Of a DNA stretch of 64,000 nt, positions 1 through 9,920 are shown piece after piece; the stretch's first letter is position 1; each line of letters starts with the position of its first letter. Source of the DNA: Meyerozyma guilliermondii (Eukaryota). A program made the translations under genes and the position numbers. A model generated the notes under the pieces. That model was not told where the DNA came from. It made no database searches and saw only the letters and a program-made list of their open reading frames with translations. The stretch is from NCBI GenBank assembly GCA_051546255.1, contig CP128815.1:1550001-1614000 (forward strand), written 5' to 3'.

Positions 1-1530
1 TCCCAAACCAATTCCAGGGAATGTGAAGCAATTATTGTTCTCGGAAATGACATATCCATTGACAGGTTGGAAGGGTGATCCGGTTGCAATCAATGCATTG
101 TTATCAGTCCATTTCATCAAGTCCTCTGGGATAGCCTCGTGCAAACGAGTAGGGTTTGACAAGGGGAAAATGATTGGTTGCTTATTGTGCTCGTACATGG
201 CTCTCACCACTTCTTCAGTGAAAGCTCCCGGTTGTGTGGAACATCCCACAAGGGCCGTAGGTTTAACCTTTTTGATCACTTCCACCAAATTCTTTGTATC
301 GATACCCTCCCAGTCGGCATCGTCATCAGCATAGCGTTTCTGGCCCTCGGTAGAATCATCATAAGATTTCAAAATCAAACCTCTTCTGTCCATACAGTGG
401 ATGGACTTGCATGCTTCTTCTGTGGTAGCACCATGGCTGCGCATATGGTTAACGATTTGATCTGCAATTCCCAACCCTGCGGAACCTGCTCCGTAAATCA
501 ACACTTTGGAGTCAAGAAGATTACGATTTGTGAATTTCAATGCTGCAGTCATCGAGGCCATAACCACAGCTCCGGTACCCTGGATATCGTCATTGAATGA
601 AGGAATTGCTTGGCGATATTTGTGTAACATTGTACGTCCAGTGGAGACGCCAAAGTCTTCGTAATGGAGTACTGCGCTAGGAAACCGTTCTTTGACTGCG
701 GTGATGAACTTGTCGATAAAGTCCCAGTATTGTTCACCACGGACTCTTGGAAACTTGTTGCCCATGTACAAGTCGTCAGAAAGAAGTTTTTCGTTATTAG
801 TTCCCGTATCCAACACAACTGGCAAAGTTCTACCAGGATGAATACCTCCACATAATGTCATAAGTCCCAATTTTGCAATTGCAATTCTTACACCACCCAC
901 ACCTTGGTCTCCGATACCCAAGATGCTCTCTCCATCAGAAACGACAATGTAGTCGATATCTTTGTCTTCTCCGTAGGACGCAAGACGCTGAGGAATGCTA
1001 TCAGGATCATTGATATCTAAGAAACATCCTTCAGGTTTACGGAACCGATGGGAGTATGCGGCAATGGCATCTCCTTCAGTGGGAGTGTAGATGATGGGTA
1101 ACATTTCACGAATGTGTTTTCTGACCAATTCATAGTAAAGAACCTTATTCTGCATTCTCATCGACACCAAAAAGTCATTTTTGGCTAATGGTGTTTTCAA
1201 GTAGGAAAATTGGGCATATGCTCTCCCCACTTGTTCCTCAAGGGTATTGACCTGGGAAGGTAATAAACCCGTCAATTTGAATGCCTCACGTTCTTGTCTG
1301 GTGAACGCTGAACCCTTGTTGAAAATTGGAGAGTTAAGAATTTGAAACCCTTCGAGATCACATTCAATGGCCCCTTCAATTGACAAACGGGTAGTCTTGG
1401 GTTTAAGAGATTCTATAGCAGCTCTTATTCCCACTGGGGTTTTGATGGTATGTGTGTGCACAGACTGGTGCTCGGCATTAGCTGCCGCCTTCTTGGCCAG
1501 ACTAGAAAGAAACCTGAAGTTACGAAGCAT
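1..1530 (-). CDS. MAE1: Mitochondrial malic enzyme, 3' part runs off the window start
   Basis: Hand translation from ATG 1530: MLRNFRFLSS... (presequence-like), then NSPIFNKGSAFT..ER..F.LTGLLP, PIIYTPTEG, VSDGESILGIGDQG, FNDDIQGTG, GAGSAG, GCSTQPGAF, PLSNPT, ATGSPF. Absent from the ORF track because no stop lies in the window. Confidence 0.95.
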   Translation of the reverse strand, partial: MLRNFRFLSSLAKKAAANAEHQSVHTHTIKTPVGIRAAIESLKPKTTRLSIEGAIECDLEGFQILNSPIFNKGSAFTRQEREAFKLTGLLPSQVNTLEEQVGRAYAQFSYLKTPLAKNDFLVSMRMQNKVLYYELVRKHIREMLPIIYTPTEGDAIAAYSHRFRKPEGCFLDINDPDSIPQRLASYGEDKDIDYIVVSDGESILGIGDQGVGGVRIAIAKLGLMTLCGGIHPGRTLPVVLDTGTNNEKLLSDDLYMGNKFPRVRGEQYWDFIDKFITAVKERFPSAVLHYEDFGVSTGRTMLHKYRQAIPSFNDDIQGTGAVVMASMTAALKFTNRNLLDSKVLIYGAGSAGLGIADQIVNHMRSHGATTEEACKSIHCMDRRGLILKSYDDSTEGQKRYADDDADWEGIDTKNLVEVIKKVKPTALVGCSTQPGAFTEEVVRAMYEHNKQPIIFPLSNPTRLHEAIPEDLMKWTDNNALIATGSPFQPVNGYVISENNNCFTFPGIGLG

Positions 1531-2175
1531 GATTGCAAAGAAAGGAACCGATTTGGAAACCGATGTGGAAAGCAAGATTGAAGAAATCGGCTATCGGGAA
1601 ATGCGGCTGAGCGGGCCAGCGGAATGGGGCTGAAAAAGGATGTACTAAAACCACGACACCTGTGGCTAATAAATTTTCTGGAAATGCTGCAAACGAGATC
1701 AATTAATATGGTGTTGCTTCGTGCATATGTCCGCGGTAAGAATCGGGACCAGTAGCGGGGCGTTGCCGCGATCGGAAGGTGAGGGGAGCGGAATCGGCGG
1801 TGGCTCAATATGGCAATTGTAGAGGAGTAATTGCTTGACAGGTAAGTGTACAATTTATAGAGTGTGGAGGTGATTACTAGAATGTCAAAACTTTAGAGTA
1901 GGTTGGTGTGCTTGGCTTTTGGATCTGAATTTTTCCGGCGCCGAAAGTCCGGTTCCATCTCCGACTCCGCGATGGGTCGGAGAATTTCGGAACGCGGGAG
2001 GGGTGCAGGCGTCAGTCCACCCAACGCAATAGTGGGGTGTACGGCGTTGGGGAGAGAGACGGTGCAAGGAGGGCGCAAGAGGGTTCAATAAAAGGATGGG
2101 GGCATGAGTGGGGGAGATTGTTTGTGAATTTTTGAGCTAGTCAGAGATCGCACTGACATAATTATCGTAGCCTTA

Positions 2176-3532
2176 TCATTTCGTGGATTTTTTTTTTCGC
2201 AGCCCTCCAGCCGCACCTGAAGCAAGCCTTTTGGTTCGCGTACTCTCACCATCGTCTTCAGCTTTCGTCTCATTGTCTTTCTTAACTTTTGTCTCACCGT
2301 CTTCCGCTTTCTTTTTCACTTTTTTGACTTTTTCTTTCTCTTTGTCTTCCGTCTTTTGATTCTTTAGCATTTTTTGCAACTCGGGCACAAAACACGATGT
2401 CCTTCCACCAACGGTTCCATGGTCAACTTGGTAGCCTTCTTTTGTTTTGCTCTTTTCTTGTTTTCTGCCCTTTCCCCATCGATATGGCATGAGCCAATTG
2501 TCTGGAAATTGCGTCACTTCTCCCTCCACAGAGACACAATACTCACAAACATATATGAGAGCATTGTAAAGTTCCTTAATAACCTGGCTCACATTTCCAT
2601 CATTAGATATTTTACTGGAAATTACCTCGTTGGGATGAAGCCGAGCATGGTAGATGATCTCATCTGCTACCCAGTTGCCGACTCCAGAGAATAATTCTTG
2701 CTCCAAAAGCATGCTTTTGATGGGTTTTTTCTTTAGTAAAACCAAATCGTTAAATTCTTGTAACAGAAGCCGTGGTCTACCATGATGGTGAGGATCAGGA
2801 TCTCCATACACAAATTTATCCGTGGTTTTTCCCTCTGCCAGCTTGGAATAATCAGGACCTAAAGATTTGAGAGGAGCCTCTTCCATCAATAGTTCGTCAC
2901 TTTGAACCGTTTCTCCTGTTAAAAGTCTCACTCGTCCAAGTCGCCGAGGGTCCACGAATGCCAATTCAATCACCTCTCCATTTTCTCTCTCGAGATCCAT
3001 TTCAAACTTGACGAATTTGGGCGGCCATTCTTCATCTTTTACATCGTCTTTCGTATCCTTATCGTCTTTCGGAACCGTAACTGTTTCCGTAGTTTCTTGC
3101 TTGACCGCAACCTTCATTTTTTCTAGAACCTTTTTGTCGCCTCCATTCTCCATAAAAGTCAAATGAGAGTCGATATTGCGTAACTTGATCATTCCGGTCA
3201 TTCCAAAATGCATCAAAAGGACTCCACTAGGAGCTTTGGCCAAATCAGGTCCATTGGCCAAGTTCAATCGCATCCAGAAATACTTGCCATGTCTGCCCAC
3301 AGAGTCGATCCGGGAACCCAAAAGGGTGTTTTTCATTGTTTCCACCTCATTTTCAGCATCCACAGCTGTTTTCAAAGCAGGAAAAAGCAACGGATCATTT
3401 TTCAAAATCACACTAGAAATCTTACACCCCAAGACATTGCGTCGTAAAAGAGCCACAACGTGAGCAACCTGTGTTAGAAAGGCTTATTGTGCTACTGTAG
3501 TTGGTGGTACATACTTCAGCGACTTCAGGCAT
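2176..3532 (-). CDS. FPG1: Formamidopyrimidine-DNA glycosylase (Fpg/Nei family, fungal zincless-finger type); exons 3532-3515 and 3468-2176
   Basis: A 46-nt intron 3514-3469 (GTATGT...TTCTAAC-ACAG) restores the catalytic N-terminus MPEVAEV. Also RHGKYFW, HFGMTG, DPRRLGRV, LGPD, H2TH motif GVGNWVADE, GGRTS and a Lys-rich tail. Confidence 0.93.
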
Positions 3533-3560
3533 TATCAAATTAAAAAAAGCAAAAAAAGAA

Positions 3561-3655
3561 TGCTCCACGGCAGGTTCGAACTGTCGACCTTCAGATTTCA
3601 CAGCGCGCGAACGCGAACTATGAGACTGACGCTCTGCCAACTGAGCTAGTGAAGC
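3561..3655 (-). tRNA. tRNA-Met(CAU), elongator type, with 22-nt intron (3618-3597)
   Basis: GCTTCAC/GTGGAGC acceptor stem, D-arm GCTC/GAGC, anticodon loop CTCATA^A, TTCGAAC T-loop. Mature length 73 nt, followed by a T-run Pol III terminator. One A-C mismatch in the T-stem. Confidence 0.93.
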
Positions 3656-3765
3656 ATCCGCTGGTCGAAACCGAACGTGCGGGATTAAGACGTTGCTCGC
3701 ACACCTTTGGCTTATTGTGCGGTTTATCTTTACTTCCTGTCTTCATCACAAACTCTTGCCACACC

Positions 3766-4407
3766 ATGAACAGACTATTTGGAGCCAAAAACACCGCACC
3801 AAAACCGTCCCTAGATGACGCTGTAAGCAATATTTCAGATAGAGTGGGCTCACTTGACGTTAAACTCACCAAAATCAACTCTGAACTTTCCACTTATCAA
3901 CAGAAAATGGCACGAATGAGAGATGGACCCGGGAAACTGGCGTTGAAACAAAAGGCACTCAAGCTCCTTCGACAGAGAAAGCAAATTGAGAGTCAAAGAG
4001 ACCAGCTTGAGAACCAATCATGGAATATGACCCAGGCACAAATGACGACAGATAACCTAAAGAATACCATGATTACGGTGGACGCCATGAAGGCAGCAAA
4101 CAAGCAATTGAAGAAGACATACGGCAAGATCGACATCGATAAGATAGAAGCATTGCAGGACGAAATGTTGGATCTTATCGACAAATCGAATGAGCTCCAG
4201 GAATCGCTTCTGATGTCGCAAGATGTGGCTGACGATATCAGCGAATCAGAATTGGATGCTGAGCTTGAAGCCTTGGGAGAAGAGATGGACTACGAGGCTG
4301 AAATGACTGAGGGTATACCCAGCTATTTGAGTGAAGAAGCGCCAGCCGCGGACAACCTTCCCACGTTCATTGACGAAGAGGAGGAGAAGACGAAGATTGC
4401 GGAGTAA
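3766..4407 (+). CDS. VPS60: ESCRT-III associated Snf7-family protein Vps60/CHMP5
   Basis: MNRLFG N-terminus, KQKALKLLRQRKQ, QSWNM, DESELDAELEAL-like acidic C-terminus. True ATG is 3766; the upstream GTG extension overlaps the tRNA. Confidence 0.92.
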   Translation: MNRLFGAKNTAPKPSLDDAVSNISDRVGSLDVKLTKINSELSTYQQKMARMRDGPGKLALKQKALKLLRQRKQIESQRDQLENQSWNMTQAQMTTDNLKNTMITVDAMKAANKQLKKTYGKIDIDKIEALQDEMLDLIDKSNELQESLLMSQDVADDISESELDAELEALGEEMDYEAEMTEGIPSYLSEEAPAADNLPTFIDEEEEKTKIAE

Positions 4408-4550
4408 AAAAAAGGGGAATAAGTACTCCAAAGAGAGCGGAAAAGGGAACAAAGGTGACAATAGTGGTGAAAAGAAGGGAACCAGAGCAACAATTGAGTG
4501 GATTAAAGTAATGACGTAAATTGGTGGAATGAAATGAATGGTGGAGATTT

Positions 4551-5486
4551 CTACTTCACACGCCTGATTGCCATAAAGTAGTTGCCCACCAGCGCTGTCT
4601 CAGTGAATTTCCAGCCGTACGCCGGCAAATATATACATCCTTTGCTGTCCGTGACGACAAAGTCGGGTCTATTGGTCTTGACCCAATCACTTATTTCATA
4701 CTCATTAATATACTTTTCCACATTGTGGGTGCCCACAGGGACAATACGGAGTATATGCTCTCCCATGAAAATGGTAGTGAACCAACTGATAGGATCACGG
4801 TTGATGGTAGAGAGAAAAAGCCATCCGCCCACCTCGAGATGATCCATGGCCGCACTCAACACTTGGGCTGGATACTTGACGTGTTCCAACATTTCGAACA
4901 TGGTTATGACATCGTACTTTTCCGTGTCTTTGACATCTTCAATTGCCTGTAATTCGTAGCTAATTTTACCCTGGTCTCGTAATATGGGATCTTTCTTCAT
5001 ATGGAGCTTCGCAGCTTCAATGACATCTGGCGACAAGTCGATGCCTTTCACATGGTCTACGTACTTGAGACGGGCCATTGACTCGGCCAAGATACCCCCG
5101 CCACATCCCACGTCGAGAACTTGAAGTTTGCTCTCATCTAGCAACTCGTCCCTTTTCAGTTCCTGCTCATCAACGATTCGCAATCGTATAGGACGAGGAA
5201 GTAGGTCCAAATTGTACGGCGGAATATAAATACTCTCCTCCTCGGGAGTATCTTTGCTATTCAATTGGAGATTGGTTCGTATCGTGTCCACTATGAAGTC
5301 CATTCGAAGTAAGTTCATCTTGTGCAAGATCCGCTGTGGACCATTTACATCCCACCAAGTGGACGCGAGAGCATTAAAATGCTTTAATTCGTCTTCGCTG
5401 GCGGTGGTGAGCTTCGATGCCCATCTTCGACCCTGCACCTGTCTTGCGAGCCGAGAAAAAGCAGCGGTGGCTGTTACTGGTCTCAT
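4551..5486 (-). CDS. COQ3: Ubiquinone biosynthesis O-methyltransferase
   Basis: WWDVNGPQRILHKMN, SAM motif VLDVGCGGGIL, EMLEHV, LSTINR, VPVGTH; Arg-rich mitochondrial presequence from ATG 5486. Confidence 0.95.
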   Translation of the reverse strand: MRPVTATAAFSRLARQVQGRRWASKLTTASEDELKHFNALASTWWDVNGPQRILHKMNLLRMDFIVDTIRTNLQLNSKDTPEEESIYIPPYNLDLLPRPIRLRIVDEQELKRDELLDESKLQVLDVGCGGGILAESMARLKYVDHVKGIDLSPDVIEAAKLHMKKDPILRDQGKISYELQAIEDVKDTEKYDVITMFEMLEHVKYPAQVLSAAMDHLEVGGWLFLSTINRDPISWFTTIFMGEHILRIVPVGTHNVEKYINEYEISDWVKTNRPDFVVTDSKGCIYLPAYGWKFTETALVGNYFMAIRRVK

Positions 5487-5546
5487 GTATAAAGAGTTGA
5501 GAAATTCAAAGTCGCGAAATTGCGAAATTGCAAACTTGAACTTTAC

Positions 5547-7667
5547 ATGGCCGAAGAAGGACTCGCTACCCTGCGCGCACGCCGAGCAAATGCGGGCTCC
5601 AGGCTCAAGCAGTTGATAGCTATGGAAGACGACGTTTCGGAAAAGCAACGTTTTGTGCCCGATGAGGAAGATGAAGTGGCACTTTTGTTTGCGGAAGATG
5701 AGAACGATGAAGAGTTTCGATCCAGCAGCGATGACGAGGAAGGCCTGGAAAACGATAATGAAGATGACGAGGACAATGCCAGCGCTGATGAGCAGTCAGA
5801 TAATGAAGATCAAACCAAAGAAGTTTCAGGATCTCGCAAAAGAGCCACTCCAGACGATGAAATGCTTTCGTCTTCTGATCTTTCTGGATCTGACACAGAC
5901 GAAAGTGAAGGAGAAAAAGAACTAGAAAACCAGGAAAAACTCAAGAAACGTAGACAGCGACGAGCCAAGACGGTGGTACCTGCTATCAAGAAGCTCAAAC
6001 CTGCACCACCCAAGCCTAAACCAAAGAAGCAATTGACGGCGTCCGAATCGCTCATGCGATCACAGAGATCTTCCTCGCGAGCCTCTGCCATCGAAAGCAA
6101 ACAAGCGTTGGTGCAAAAGTTGAAAAAGGACGAAAAAAGACGTGCTGCAATGGCACCGGTGGTTCGTCCCAAATACGTCGAGCTCACACAAGAAGAACGG
6201 CTTCTTGAAGCAGTGGAAACCGAACGAGTAAATGTCAAGTCGCTTAACGAATTCATGGACCAAGAACTCCAAAAAAAAGAAATGCAGCGCCAACTTTTGC
6301 TTCTGAGGCGGAAGAGGCTTCGAAATATCATTCGTTTGGTGAGTCAGGAGTCTTTTGTAACTCCTACTGAAGAAGTCGAAGAGGCTCGCTATGTACATGA
6401 CTACATCAACGGACGGCTGAAGAAGAAACCTGGACGCAAAAGAAAGGAGCGTGAAGAGAGGAGAGAGCGTTTACCTGGTGACATTGATCCTGATTTGCCA
6501 TACTATAGACGAGAGATGTGGGAAAAGCGACTAAAGTTGGAGGAAGATTTGCGAAAAAAGGCAGAAAAGTACGACTGTGAAAAGAATGCCGATAAAAAGG
6601 ATGTCGTTTCTGTGGATGAATCTTCTGAGCGGAAAGAAGGTGAACCGGTTGCAGAAAGCACTGAAAAGATCAGTGTGGAGCAGCCAGAAAAAGCTGATAT
6701 TCTGGAAGATGCCAAAGAAATCAAGGAGATTAAAGAGTCCATAGTAGCCGAAGAGACCAAACCAGTACCTCCCAATCAGGAGCAAAATGTTTCTGAAAAA
6801 GTTATACCATCAACAGACGAGCCAAAGAGTACGGCTGAGTCAAACAATGAACCTGTTACCGATATCAAGGGTGAGGATGTTGTGGAGACTCTTAATGGAA
6901 ACAGACCAGAGGAAAATAATACGCATGTTCCAGAAGAAACCACAAATAAGAGCCCTACTCCTTCCAGTAAGCAAGTCAAATTTGCCGACAACGAGGGTTC
7001 GGTAATGGACAAAGAGGGAACGCTTGAAGAAGGTGCCGAGGTCTTTGAAGGTCCTGTTCAGCGCATAGCTCGAAACATGATTTATTTCCTTGAATTGGAC
7101 GAAAAGATTGACAATGTCAAGCTTAAAGCATACCTTTTTGGCGAGCAGTCTCTTTTGCCAGCTTCGAGAAGATACCGTGATTTAGAAACAATTGTACGAA
7201 TTGGTCAGGCGGTGAATCCTTACGCCGTGGTGAAAGATGAACGAGATGAGCTCTTGGAGCCAGCGACCGAATTGACAGAGGAAGATTCTCGGTTTGATGA
7301 ACTTAAAAAGTTGCCCAAGCTAGGAGTAACAGAAATGATTTATGAAGACGATGAAGACGAAATGGAGGAAGAAACTGCTGAAATTGTGTTGAATACCGAG
7401 GCTCCCAGTGGTCTCTACTTGCCCAATGGAAACAAAAAGGCTTGTCTCATTTCCGGTGCTGAAGTTCGATACTTTGATCCGGCTCTTGGGGTGCCCTACA
7501 GCACAGTGGAGGTTTACAAGTTATTGAAACAGATGGAAACGGGTACTATTCCTTGGTACTCTATAGAACGAGGGTACAACGACTTTGGCTCTGCGGAAAT
7601 CTACCTCGGATCTAGGGACGGTGAAGTTAGACATGCCAAGGGTGTACCGGAAGGGTTTGATGGGTGA
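5547..7667 (+). CDS. VPS72: SWR1 complex subunit Vps72/Swc2 (YL1 family)
   Basis: R.RRANAGSRLKQLI N-terminus, acidic stretch, LTQEERLLEAVETE..N, C-terminal YL1-C domain C.ISG....YFDP..GVPY. Confidence 0.9.
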   Translation: MAEEGLATLRARRANAGSRLKQLIAMEDDVSEKQRFVPDEEDEVALLFAEDENDEEFRSSSDDEEGLENDNEDDEDNASADEQSDNEDQTKEVSGSRKRATPDDEMLSSSDLSGSDTDESEGEKELENQEKLKKRRQRRAKTVVPAIKKLKPAPPKPKPKKQLTASESLMRSQRSSSRASAIESKQALVQKLKKDEKRRAAMAPVVRPKYVELTQEERLLEAVETERVNVKSLNEFMDQELQKKEMQRQLLLLRRKRLRNIIRLVSQESFVTPTEEVEEARYVHDYINGRLKKKPGRKRKEREERRERLPGDIDPDLPYYRREMWEKRLKLEEDLRKKAEKYDCEKNADKKDVVSVDESSERKEGEPVAESTEKISVEQPEKADILEDAKEIKEIKESIVAEETKPVPPNQEQNVSEKVIPSTDEPKSTAESNNEPVTDIKGEDVVETLNGNRPEENNTHVPEETTNKSPTPSSKQVKFADNEGSVMDKEGTLEEGAEVFEGPVQRIARNMIYFLELDEKIDNVKLKAYLFGEQSLLPASRRYRDLETIVRIGQAVNPYAVVKDERDELLEPATELTEEDSRFDELKKLPKLGVTEMIYEDDEDEMEEETAEIVLNTEAPSGLYLPNGNKKACLISGAEVRYFDPALGVPYSTVEVYKLLKQMETGTIPWYSIERGYNDFGSAEIYLGSRDGEVRHAKGVPEGFDG

Positions 7668-7759
7668 ATAGTTTGATACTATAAATTATAATCTAAACAG
7701 GTCTATTTAGTCGCTCAAGCGTATTTGATCGGCTGAGCAATTGTTCAAGCTTAGCCTTT

Positions 7760-8247
7760 TTAATCTGTGGCGTGCTGAACGTCTCTTTCGTGTGCCTCGA
7801 TCAAGTCGCTTTGAAACTTGATTAATTTCTGTTTCAATTCCGGAACAAACACTCGAAGGATTTCCGACTTGTGGTCAGAACTATCTATCTCGAAAACATA
7901 GTCGTCTTCGTCTTGGTCATGAACAAATTCCGGGACTACGATAGTCGCCAGAAACTTGTCCTCTTCACTTGCCGAGGTTCCAGCAATGGAAAATTCAAGT
8001 TTCATGTCATATATACACAAAACCTTCCCCTTTCTCTGGGTGACATCACAGTCACCAGAAATCGAAACTACATTGTCAAGAACAAACTTTAAATCACCGG
8101 ACTCGGCCGAGGTATTTACTACGTTTTCCTGGAAATATTCCTTCGTCCAAGGAAGACAATTCTTGTCGACCCAGTGCCTATGTTAGCATTTGTGAGGAAG
8201 TGGTAGTTGCATGTAACTTACCAGTTGTTAGGATTGTGTACAACCAT
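7760..8247 (-). CDS. HCH1: Hsp90 co-chaperone Hch1 (Aha1 N-domain only, 147 aa); exons 8247-8222 and 8177-7760
   Basis: A 44-nt intron 8221-8178 (GTAAGT...TGCTAAC-ATAG) restores MVVHNPNNWHWVDKNC. RKGK motif present, no START-like C-domain. Confidence 0.9.
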
Positions 8248-8533
8248 CTGTTGAGAATAAGCGTATCGTTTCTCAATCTGGATTCTATACCCTTCGATGG
8301 ATCTGGGTGCACTGGTGTGAGTCGGCTGCAAAAAGACAAATTGAATTAAGATTTAAAACAAGAATCATAAACATGTTGATCATTAGGGGTAACTTGAGAG
8401 TTCTTTTCTTAAATTTGAGACTATTGTTTGGTCAGTACTTTAAACACTTTTATTGAAAACAATTATGCTAATCATGGTCAGCTGATATGAAGGAAAGTGA
8501 TATGCGAATGAATGTAAAATATTATGCTTGGAA

Positions 8534-9433
8534 TTAAACAACAAGCAAAGCAATACCAGTACCACCAGTACAGTCATTGACGGCCAAGGAAAACTTGTTT
8601 TCTCCACTTGGGCATGCCTTCCAATCTTGCTTTCCATTCAATACCAAATTGGAGTCCTTGATAGCAAAACCCTTGGTTGAGGCCTCGTCTCCCCATGGAC
8701 TGACATCTCCAAACTCGCCTGAAGGACGAATAATGATTCCTCTTCCGTTTTGGTCTACCAAAGTACCATCGGCATTGAGGGTCAATTTGAGATCTTCACC
8801 TTCAGTTCCTCCAACACTGAAGACATGAGGATGAGATGCAACCTTCTTAATAGCGTTGTGTTGGAACTTGGTGCCTGAACGAATGGCAACGAGTCCAAAG
8901 TCTTTCTTAGAAGCAGCTGGTGGGGCTGGTTGGTTAGTAGCCTTAGGTGGAGCTGCTGTAGTGGGCTTAGCAGTAGGTTTGGGTTTGGTGGATGTGGTGA
9001 CAGTAGTTGGTTTGGAACCAGAGTCTTGCAATCCTTGGACGCTCAATGCAACACCAACAGAGTTCGAACAGCCTCCATCGAGAGCCAATTGGTAGGTGTT
9101 ACCAGCACCGTGACAGGCAACGAAAACCTCTTTACCACCGTACGTCAAGTGCTCGTTGCTAATGCCAAATTTGGTATCCTTTTGAGTTCCCTCCACGATG
9201 AGCTTGTTGCTTGCGGATACTTGCTTTCCAGTTTTCTTGTCGGTCAATGAACCATCGTCGTTCAACACAAATGAAATGGAATCACCACTACCCAAATACA
9301 CCTTGTCGTCCTTGTTGTAGACACTGGCATATTGGAGGTTGGACCCTGAGCGGATGGTGACCAAGGAGAAGGTTTTCGCGGCCGAGGCAACGGCAGCCAA
9401 AGTCAAGATGGATAATGTAGTAGAAGCTTTCAT
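8534..9433 (-). CDS. Secreted cell-wall protein with two tandem Pga31/Rhd3/Cwp1-like beta domains
   Basis: Signal peptide MKASTTLSILTLAAVASA; two repeats starting F.LV.IRSG..Q, each with a Cys pair; Pro/Thr/Lys linker; no S/T stalk or GPI tail. Confidence 0.75.
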   Translation of the reverse strand: MKASTTLSILTLAAVASAAKTFSLVTIRSGSNLQYASVYNKDDKVYLGSGDSISFVLNDDGSLTDKKTGKQVSASNKLIVEGTQKDTKFGISNEHLTYGGKEVFVACHGAGNTYQLALDGGCSNSVGVALSVQGLQDSGSKPTTVTTSTKPKPTAKPTTAAPPKATNQPAPPAASKKDFGLVAIRSGTKFQHNAIKKVASHPHVFSVGGTEGEDLKLTLNADGTLVDQNGRGIIIRPSGEFGDVSPWGDEASTKGFAIKDSNLVLNGKQDWKACPSGENKFSLAVNDCTGGTGIALLVV

Positions 9434-9470
9434 GTTTGTTGAATGATGGTAATTCAAGAATTATTGGACC

Positions 9471-9632
9471 CTTTTTATATCCATCCCGTCATGCTAATTT
9501 TAGGCCAAGGCGCTTAAAATTTTGATGTCTGCATTGTAATACCTCGCATTGTAAAACATCGCATTGAAATTACCCCATATTCTATATTTAGATCAACCGT
9601 TACGAACTAATATTTGATGCGCGGTGACGTCA
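9471..9632. promoter_or_regulatory. Promoter of the wall-protein gene: TATA, two Rlm1-type sites, Rim101/PacC-type site, CRE
   Basis: ATATAAAAAG on - strand (9480-9471); CTAATTTTAG 9494-9503; CTATATTTAG 9582-9591; GCCAAG 9504-9509; TGACGTCA 9625-9632. Confidence 0.55.
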
Positions 9633-9920
9633 CAGTTGGGTTTTGACAGGTTTCTGCGTTTCGGTAAAATCAACTTTGATGGCCCAAACCTAAACAAAGA
9701 TCCTTCATCAATATATGTCACTCGTATACAATGTCAGACACTTATTTTTAGCACTTCACCAACGCTCAAAATTTTCGATTAAGTTTCTACTTACTCAATT
9801 TAGGGTAAATTCCTCGGCATCGGCCCTACTACTGCACCTCGGATAAACGATCACCCGTATTGATGGTAAATTGATGGAAATGCGGCACCGTAAATTCTTG
9901 ACTTACGTCATGGTTGCGAT

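Noticed and set aside
1367..2297. Short ORFs and G-rich sequence between MAE1 and FPG1
   Set aside because: Non-ATG starts or overlaps, no recognisable protein; consistent with MAE1 promoter sequence.
8311..8318. ACTGGTGT, a telomere-like unit of some CUG-clade yeasts (also near 60713)
   Set aside because: Single isolated 8-mers with no tandem array or extended template; no evidence for a telomere or telomerase RNA.
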